Of a stretch of DNA of 64,000 bases, positions 57,732-64,000 are shown in pieces (position 1 is the stretch's first letter; each line of letters starts with the position of its first letter). This DNA is from an uncultured Gammaproteobacteria bacterium (GTDB lineage Bacteria > Patescibacteriota > Patescibacteriia > JAHIZJ01). The stretch lies in assembly GCA_964371245.1 (NCBI GenBank), contig CAYJKP010000001.1, positions 187,042 to 251,041 on the forward strand, in the 5' to 3' direction. Both the position numbers and the translations under genes were made by a program. The notes below the pieces were generated by a model. That model made no database searches. It saw only the letters and a program-made list of their open reading frames with translations, and was not told where the DNA came from.

Positions 57732-58760
57732 ATGTCGGTGGTACAACTGGTCCAGCAAAAAAATATACTGGTGACGGGCGGCGCCGGGTTCATCGGCAGT
57801 CACCTCTGTGACATCTTGGTCAAACAGGGAAACGTCATCTGCCTTGATAATTTCATCACCGGACACATCAGCAATATTGAGCACCTGCTCCACTTGTCGA
57901 ATTTTGAATTTGTCAAACACGATATTGTCGAGTCGATTGACCTTGAGGCTCTGCCCGAGCTGAAAAAATTCAAAATCCCGTTCCACGGCATTCAAGAAAT
58001 ATACCATCTGGCCTGCCCGACCTCGCACTATGAAAATCACGCCCATCAGCTGGCAACGGCCTTGACGAACGGCATCGGCACAAAACACATTCTCGATCTC
58101 ACGGTTAAATATCGGGCGGTATTGTTGTTTACCTCCAGCGAGGCGATCTATGGTTGGCCAACGGATAAGGATAGTATGGCGCCCTATCACGAGGAATATT
58201 GGGGGTATGTAAATCCCCTGAGCAGCCGTGGGTGTTATGACGAAGGGAAGCGCTATGCCGAAAGCTTGATTACGGTTTATCGCGATGAACATAAACTGGA
58301 CACGCGCATTCTCCGCATCTTCCCGACCTATGGACCGCGCATGAGCCTGCGGGACAACCGCATGATCCCACGCTTGATTTCAGAGGCCTTGAATAATCAG
58401 AAAATGCTCATCTATGGACAGCCGACTGATCGTACGACGCTGTGTTATATTACCGACGTGATCGAATCAATCACAAAAATGATGAAGTCGGAACTCGCCG
58501 GCCCGATCAATATTGGCAGTGAAAATACCGTAAGCCTAAAGGAAATCGGAGAAAAGATAAAAACCATCACCGGCGCGACCTCTGAAATTGCCTTCGAAAA
58601 AGGGTCTCCGTTTACGCACTATCGGGCCACACCGGATATTACGTTGGCGCGAAATAAACTCGGCTGGTTTCCAGTCGTGCCGCTCGATGAGGGCCTGCGC
58701 TTAACGATCGAGGACATGCGCGGTAGTCAGGTCGTCGGCATCCAAGACATCAAAGTATAA
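57732..58760 (+). CDS. UDP-glucuronate decarboxylase-like NAD-dependent epimerase/dehydratase
   Basis: TGGAGFIGSH, YHLACP, SSEAIYG, EEYWGYVNP, CYDEGKRYAE. Confidence 0.88.
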   Translation: MSVVQLVQQKNILVTGGAGFIGSHLCDILVKQGNVICLDNFITGHISNIEHLLHLSNFEFVKHDIVESIDLEALPELKKFKIPFHGIQEIYHLACPTSHYENHAHQLATALTNGIGTKHILDLTVKYRAVLLFTSSEAIYGWPTDKDSMAPYHEEYWGYVNPLSSRGCYDEGKRYAESLITVYRDEHKLDTRILRIFPTYGPRMSLRDNRMIPRLISEALNNQKMLIYGQPTDRTTLCYITDVIESITKMMKSELAGPINIGSENTVSLKEIGEKIKTITGATSEIAFEKGSPFTHYRATPDITLARNKLGWFPVVPLDEGLRLTIEDMRGSQVVGIQDIKV

Positions 58761-58782
58761 CAACTAATAATAAGAAGAACGT

Positions 58783-59955
58783 ATGGCTAGACAAAAAAAA
58801 GAACGTTTTATTTTTACCTCAGAGTCAGTTACCGAAGGTCATCCCGATAAAGTGTGTGACCAGATTTCTGACGCGGTGTTGGACGAACTTCTCCGTCAGG
58901 ACCCGAGCAGCCGTTGTGCCTGTGAAGTATTAGTGACCACGGGTTTGGTTGTTGTTGTCGGTGAAATTCACACACGCGGGTATGTCGATGTTCAAAAAAT
59001 TGTCCGTCAAACGATAAAAGACATCGGGTATGCCAATCATGACTATGGCTTCCACTGGGAAGATTGCGGAGTGATTGTGGCCATTGATGAACAAAGCGCC
59101 GACATCGCTCAGGGCGTGACCGGCCGAGGGAAATATAAACAGCAGGGGGCGGGGGATCAAGGATTAATGTTTGGATACGCGACCGATGAGACGCCAGAAT
59201 ACATGCCCTTACCAATCATTATGGCTCATAAGCTGGCACGAAAATTAACTGATGTTCGTAAAAAGGGCGTTTTACCGTACCTCCGACCCGATGGTAAGAC
59301 AGAAGTCGCCATCGAATACGTTAATGGTCGACCGGTCCGTTTGGAGACGGTTGTGATCGCCGCTCAGCACGACGAACACGTGTCTGAACAGAAGTTGGAA
59401 CGGGATATTATTGCGAAAGTCATTAAACCGGTCGCCGGTAAATACTTCGATCGTCGCACGCGCGTGTTTGTAAACGCGACCGGTCGTTTTGTCAAAGGCG
59501 GTCCGCCGGCCGATTCCGGTTTAACCGGTCGCAAAATCATCGTCGACACCTATGGTGGGTACGCCCGTCATGGCGGCGGCTGCTTCTCAGGTAAAGATCC
59601 GTCAAAGGTCGACCGTTCGGCCGCGTATATGGCTCGCTATGTGGCGAAAAACATTGTGGCAGCCGGTTTAGCGAAGAAATGCGAAGTGCAGGTGGCATAT
59701 GTTATTGGTTTTGCCGAGCCGATTAGCATCCTCGTGGACACATTTGGAACCGGCGAATTGTCGAATGAAAGGATCGTATCTATTATCCGGAAACACTTTG
59801 ATTTGACCCCGGGTGGCATCATCAAACACTTGAAACTCCGCCGGCCGATCTACAAGAAAACGGCCGCCTACGGACATTTCGGCCGACGCGAAGCCGAATT
59901 CACGTGGGAAAAAACGGATCTCGTGCCGACGCTGCGACGTTACCTCAGGGCTTAA
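58783..59955 (+). CDS. metK: S-adenosylmethionine synthetase
   Basis: [46 protein letters not shown]. Confidence 0.98.
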   Translation: MARQKKERFIFTSESVTEGHPDKVCDQISDAVLDELLRQDPSSRCACEVLVTTGLVVVVGEIHTRGYVDVQKIVRQTIKDIGYANHDYGFHWEDCGVIVAIDEQSADIAQGVTGRGKYKQQGAGDQGLMFGYATDETPEYMPLPIIMAHKLARKLTDVRKKGVLPYLRPDGKTEVAIEYVNGRPVRLETVVIAAQHDEHVSEQKLERDIIAKVIKPVAGKYFDRRTRVFVNATGRFVKGGPPADSGLTGRKIIVDTYGGYARHGGGCFSGKDPSKVDRSAAYMARYVAKNIVAAGLAKKCEVQVAYVIGFAEPISILVDTFGTGELSNERIVSIIRKHFDLTPGGIIKHLKLRRPIYKKTAAYGHFGRREAEFTWEKTDLVPTLRRYLRA

Positions 59956-59984
59956 TCGTTAACTAAGAAGAAATCTGTAACGCT

Positions 59985-61268
59985 ATGAAAATAACAGTCA
60001 TCGGCACGGGCTATGTGGGCTTAGTGACCGGAACGTGTCTTGCTGAGATAGGGCATCAGGTTACCTGTCTTGATATTGATCAGCGGAAGATCGCGGGCTT
60101 ACGACGCGGAATCCTGCCGATCTATGAGCCAAAGCTCGATAGCTTGGTACAAAAAAATATTCGCGCCAAACGATTGTTTTTTACCACAAGTTATCCTGAA
60201 GCGATTCAAGACAGCCTGGTTATTTTTATTGCCGTCGGGACGCCAGCCCGCCCGGACGGAAAAGCCAACTTGCGCTACGTCTACGAGGCGGCTAAGTCAG
60301 TGGCCAGGCATATGTCCGACTACAAAGTGATCGTCGATAAAAGCACTGTCCCGGTCGGCACGGCTCAAGCGGTCAAGAAAATAATCAAACGTCATTATGC
60401 CGGTCGCTTCGATATCGTTTCGTGTCCCGAATTTCTTCGCGAAGGCTCGGCGATCAAAGACTTCATGCGGCCGGACCGCGTCGTTATCGGCGGCGATAAC
60501 CGAAAAGCCACAAACATTCTACTCGACGTCTTCAAGCCAATTCACGGAATGAAACTGGTGACAAATCTTGAAAGTGCCGAGCTGATCAAATATGCCTCAA
60601 ATGCTTTTCTGGCGACGAAAATATCGTTCATCAATGAGATCTCAAATATCTGTGACATCGTTGGCGCTGATGTCGGGGAGGTTGCCTATGGTATGGGCCT
60701 AGATCGGCGCATCGGTCCGCATTTTCTCCATGCCGGTGTCGGGTATGGCGGCAGCTGCTTTCCGAAAGACGTCAGCGCGCTAAAACAAATGGCCGGATCG
60801 AATGGCTACGATTTTCAGTTACTAAAGGCTGTGATTGAGGTAAATCATCGTCAGCGGTCCGTCGTCCTGGCGAAGGCAAAAAAAATGCTCAGCTCCCTTC
60901 GCAATAAGAAAATCGGCGTCCTCGGGTTGGCCTTTAAAAACAACACCGACGACGTTCGAGAATCAGCTGCTATCGACATCATTCGGTTACTAGAAAGAAA
61001 ACGGGCCAAGGTGACCGCCTTTGATCCGGTGGCGAGACGAAACGCGATCAAACTATTGCCGGGCACCACGATCGTCGGAAGCGCCTATAGCGCCTGCCGT
61101 AAAAAGGACTTGATTATCATCGCTACCGAATGGCCTGAGTTTAGAGCTTTGGATTGGACTCGGATCAAACGGCTCATGAACAGACCGAACATAGTTGACG
61201 GACGGAACCTTTTAGACCAAAATAAAATGCGTAAACTCGGCTTTCATTACGTGAGTATTGGGCGTTAA
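59985..61268 (+). CDS. ugd: UDP-glucose 6-dehydrogenase
   Basis: GTGYVGL, KSTVPVGT, PEFLREG, GYGGSCFPKD, AFKNNTDDVRES. Confidence 0.95.
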   Translation: MKITVIGTGYVGLVTGTCLAEIGHQVTCLDIDQRKIAGLRRGILPIYEPKLDSLVQKNIRAKRLFFTTSYPEAIQDSLVIFIAVGTPARPDGKANLRYVYEAAKSVARHMSDYKVIVDKSTVPVGTAQAVKKIIKRHYAGRFDIVSCPEFLREGSAIKDFMRPDRVVIGGDNRKATNILLDVFKPIHGMKLVTNLESAELIKYASNAFLATKISFINEISNICDIVGADVGEVAYGMGLDRRIGPHFLHAGVGYGGSCFPKDVSALKQMAGSNGYDFQLLKAVIEVNHRQRSVVLAKAKKMLSSLRNKKIGVLGLAFKNNTDDVRESAAIDIIRLLERKRAKVTAFDPVARRNAIKLLPGTTIVGSAYSACRKKDLIIIATEWPEFRALDWTRIKRLMNRPNIVDGRNLLDQNKMRKLGFHYVSIGR

Positions 61269-61290
61269 ACGCCGTCGTTAGCCAAAAAAC

Positions 61291-62241
61291 ATGAAAATTA
61301 TCGTCACGATACCCGCTTTTAATGAAGCGGCTAATATTACTGAGGTTATTACTGAAATACCTCGCCGGATCAATGGCGTGGATAAAGTTGAAGTCCTTGT
61401 CATTGATGACGGATCAACCGACCGAACAGTCGAGCTGGCCAAACAGGCAGGCGCCGATTATGTCCTGTTGAATGGGGTAAATAAAGGCCTGGCCTACACG
61501 TTTCAACGATTGATCGAAGAGGCGTTACAGAGAGGTGCAGATATTGTCGTGAACACGGATGGCGATAACCACTATAACCAGTCACGCATTTCCGAACTCG
61601 TCGCTCCGATCTTGGAGAAACGGGCTGATATCGTCATCGGTGACCGCGAGGTGAAAAAACTAGAACACATGCCGGCCGCGAATAAATATTTTAATTTGAT
61701 CGGAAGCTACTGCGTTTCGCGGATGATCGGATTAAAAAAAACGCTTGACGTCTCAACCGGCTTTCGGGCGTACAATCGGGAGGCCGCCATGCGGATCTCG
61801 ATCTTTTCAAAACACACGTATACGCACGAAACGTTGATCCAGGCGCTTGATCACAACTTGGCGATCGCCCAAGTGCCAATTCGTGCCCGCAAAGTAACGC
61901 GGAAATCGCGTCTCATTTCGAATATTCCAAAACACCTGGTAAAATCTCTCATCGTCATATTTCGGGTGTTTACGATCTATAAACCACTTCGCGTCTTATC
62001 GACACTCGGACTGTGCGTATTTCTACCCGGTTTTATTCTGGTGCTCCGTTTTCTCTATTTTTACTTTTTTACCGCCCGGGGCGGCGAAGGCCACATCCAA
62101 TCCCTGATCATCGCGGCAATATTCATCCTCCTTGGTTTTCAAATATTCATTCTTGGCTTAATCGCTTCGGCCATCGGCTGGAACCGGAAAATGTCGGAAG
62201 AAATATTGTACCGGATTAAAAAAGAGTCGCTCAAAGAATGA
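61291..62241 (+). CDS. GT2 glycosyltransferase with two C-terminal TM helices
   Basis: IPAFNE, IDDGSTD, NTDGD, DVSTGFRAY. Confidence 0.9.
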   Translation: MKIIVTIPAFNEAANITEVITEIPRRINGVDKVEVLVIDDGSTDRTVELAKQAGADYVLLNGVNKGLAYTFQRLIEEALQRGADIVVNTDGDNHYNQSRISELVAPILEKRADIVIGDREVKKLEHMPAANKYFNLIGSYCVSRMIGLKKTLDVSTGFRAYNREAAMRISIFSKHTYTHETLIQALDHNLAIAQVPIRARKVTRKSRLISNIPKHLVKSLIVIFRVFTIYKPLRVLSTLGLCVFLPGFILVLRFLYFYFFTARGGEGHIQSLIIAAIFILLGFQIFILGLIASAIGWNRKMSEEILYRIKKESLKE

Positions 62242-63305
62242 CTGTACTTTTTATCACGCGCAAATATCCGCCCCAGGTCGGAGGCATGGAGAATTACAGC
62301 TATGGCTTGGTTTCCCACCTGGCCATCCGGACGCGGCTGATCGCGCTCAAACATTCGCAATTACATCTTATTTGGTTTCTGCCCTATGCCTTCATCGCCG
62401 GGCTTTTTTTGTCATGGCGGGCCGAAGTAATATATCTTTGCGACGGTTTATTGGCGCCGCTGGGCTATCTCTTGAAAATGCTGACGCGGAAACCGGTCTG
62501 TATCACAATCCACGGCTTAGACGTTACCTATCAGAATCGGCTCTATCAAAAAGTGAATGTTGGCAGCCTGCGAAAGCTGGATCGAGTCTTTTGCGTCAGC
62601 CGTTCCACCATCGAAGAATGCGTCAAACGCGGGATTGATCGAGACAAGTGCGTGTATATCCCGAATGGCGTTCAGATTCCCAATATCCCTGAGACGTACA
62701 CACGCGAGCAACTTGAAAAGCTAGTCCGGCGACCGCTCGCCGGGAAGAAAATAATCCTTTCGGTTGGCCGGCTGGTCGCACGCAAGGGGACAGCGTGGTT
62801 TATCCGCGAAGTCTTGCCGCTTTTGCCCGATGACATGATCTATCTGGTCGCCGGCGACGGACCCGAGCGCCAACGCGTTGAAGCGGCGGTTTCAGAAAAG
62901 AACCTGTCAGAACGCGTTTGCCTCCTTGGCCAGGTGAGTGAGTCGGAGCGCGAATTATTGTTTCGAACCGCTGATGTTTTTGTGATGCCAAACCGGCGGG
63001 TACCTGGCGATATGGAGGGTTTTGGCATTGTGGCGATCGAGGCGGCTGGCCGGGGCTTGCCAGTGGTAGTTGCCCGGCTCGAAGGTTTAGCTGATGCCAT
63101 CAGCGATGGTGAGAACGGGTACCTTGTCGATAGCGAAAACGCCGGAGCGTTTGCCAGAAAAATACGGGAACTGTTGAATGACCCGGGTCTCGCCGGCCTA
63201 TCCGAACGTTTTGCCGCCTACACGAAAAAATATTATAATTGGAAATACGTCAGCCATCTCTATCTTGATGAATTAAAGAAGCATTTTGGCAATGCGACGG
63301 ATTAA
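62238..63305 (+). CDS. GT4 glycosyltransferase
   Basis: YPPQVGGM, HGLD, VGRLVARKG, EGFGIVAIEA. Confidence 0.92.
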   Translation: MTVLFITRKYPPQVGGMENYSYGLVSHLAIRTRLIALKHSQLHLIWFLPYAFIAGLFLSWRAEVIYLCDGLLAPLGYLLKMLTRKPVCITIHGLDVTYQNRLYQKVNVGSLRKLDRVFCVSRSTIEECVKRGIDRDKCVYIPNGVQIPNIPETYTREQLEKLVRRPLAGKKIILSVGRLVARKGTAWFIREVLPLLPDDMIYLVAGDGPERQRVEAAVSEKNLSERVCLLGQVSESERELLFRTADVFVMPNRRVPGDMEGFGIVAIEAAGRGLPVVVARLEGLADAISDGENGYLVDSENAGAFARKIRELLNDPGLAGLSERFAAYTKKYYNWKYVSHLYLDELKKHFGNATD

Positions 63306-64000
63306 TCTCGAGTCCATTCTTTTTACCGTTGTTCTTCTGGCATGTTTACTTATTGCTGGACTGACTGGGCTCAGCGTCTTTTCGGTTTTTACGAAGGAGA
63401 TCGTCGGCTACCTAGGGCTGGCGCTTTTTGGCTTGCCGCTGCTCTGGCTGATCGTCTCGCGTCGGCAGACCATACTTACCATCCAGCGGAAGGAAATTCT
63501 TTTTTTATTAGTACTTATTTTAGCCGTCACGCTGAGCGGTTTCTTCCATCATGACATTCCTGAAGGACGGGACGATATGGGTTATATCGCCGCCGCCGCA
63601 AAAATAACCGAAAGCCATTCACTCTCCTTTACCGATGTAATTTCACGGCCGTATCACCCTTTTCGCGACCTTGGCAATGACACCTTTACCTCCCAATTTT
63701 TACCCGGCTACACGTCGTATTTGGCCGGTTTCTACGACTTTGGGGGGCTTCATTCACTCCAGGTCGGCAACATCGTGATTCTGCTTCTGACATTGGTCGC
63801 GATGTATTATATTGTCAAAAATCTTGCTGACGAAAAAACGGCCTGGCTGACAATCATGCTCTATTTTACCGCCTACACCACGCTCTGGTTTTCGCGACGC
63901 ACCAACTCGGAAAACCTGCTCATTCTTTTGCTGCTTTTTGGCAGTTGGGCATTGTTGCGAGGTTTGCGTGAACGCCGGGCGCAGTATTTCGCAATCAGCG
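63292..64000 (+). CDS. Multi-pass membrane protein, probable GT-C glycosyltransferase (runs off the window)
   Basis: Hand translation from ATG 63292: MRRINLESILFTVV..., three TM segments, GRDDMGY, SQFLPGY; no stop seen; absent from the ORF track because it is incomplete. Confidence 0.7.
   Translation, partial: MRRINLESILFTVVLLACLLIAGLTGLSVFSVFTKEIVGYLGLALFGLPLLWLIVSRRQTILTIQRKEILFLLVLILAVTLSGFFHHDIPEGRDDMGYIAAAAKITESHSLSFTDVISRPYHPFRDLGNDTFTSQFLPGYTSYLAGFYDFGGLHSLQVGNIVILLLTLVAMYYIVKNLADEKTAWLTIMLYFTAYTTLWFSRRTNSENLLILLLLFGSWALLRGLRERRAQYFAIS

Overview
Chromosomal backbone of a reduced-genome bacterium. Gene content and style point to Patescibacteria/CPR (inference): short GAD-less AspRS, several GFTLIELL pilins, a lone VirD4/TraD-like ATPase, DUF3467 in the dnaK operon, and near-consensus sigma70 promoters with few Shine-Dalgarno motifs. 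In order, the window holds: secY-adk-map-yqgF; rplU; dnaB-ybaB-recR; a DnaQ-like exonuclease; tRNA-Lys; a P2-type ATPase; asnS-aspS-...-scpAB-S11 peptidase-tpiA-fba-three pilins-gap; tRNA-Glu; a CIRCE/HrcA heat-shock operon; cysS; corA; a coupling-type ATPase; dnaX; tRNA-Gln; trxB-mutY; envelope genes; and the start of a glycan cluster. I found no CRISPR array, integrase, transposase or rRNA. The best candidate for an undescribed system is a two-gene operon encoding a CorA-like channel that lacks the GMN signature and a membrane-anchored, single-AAA-domain Clp ATPase. Other notable signals are mosaic tandem pilins inside the glycolytic gene run, two families of covarying palindromes, a structured tRNA-Lys 3' repeat, a tRNA-Gln whose flanks extend its acceptor stem, three self-contained GC-rich orphan genes (two with structured leaders), and an HtrA that has lost its whole catalytic triad. 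All calls are by eye; no database search was run.
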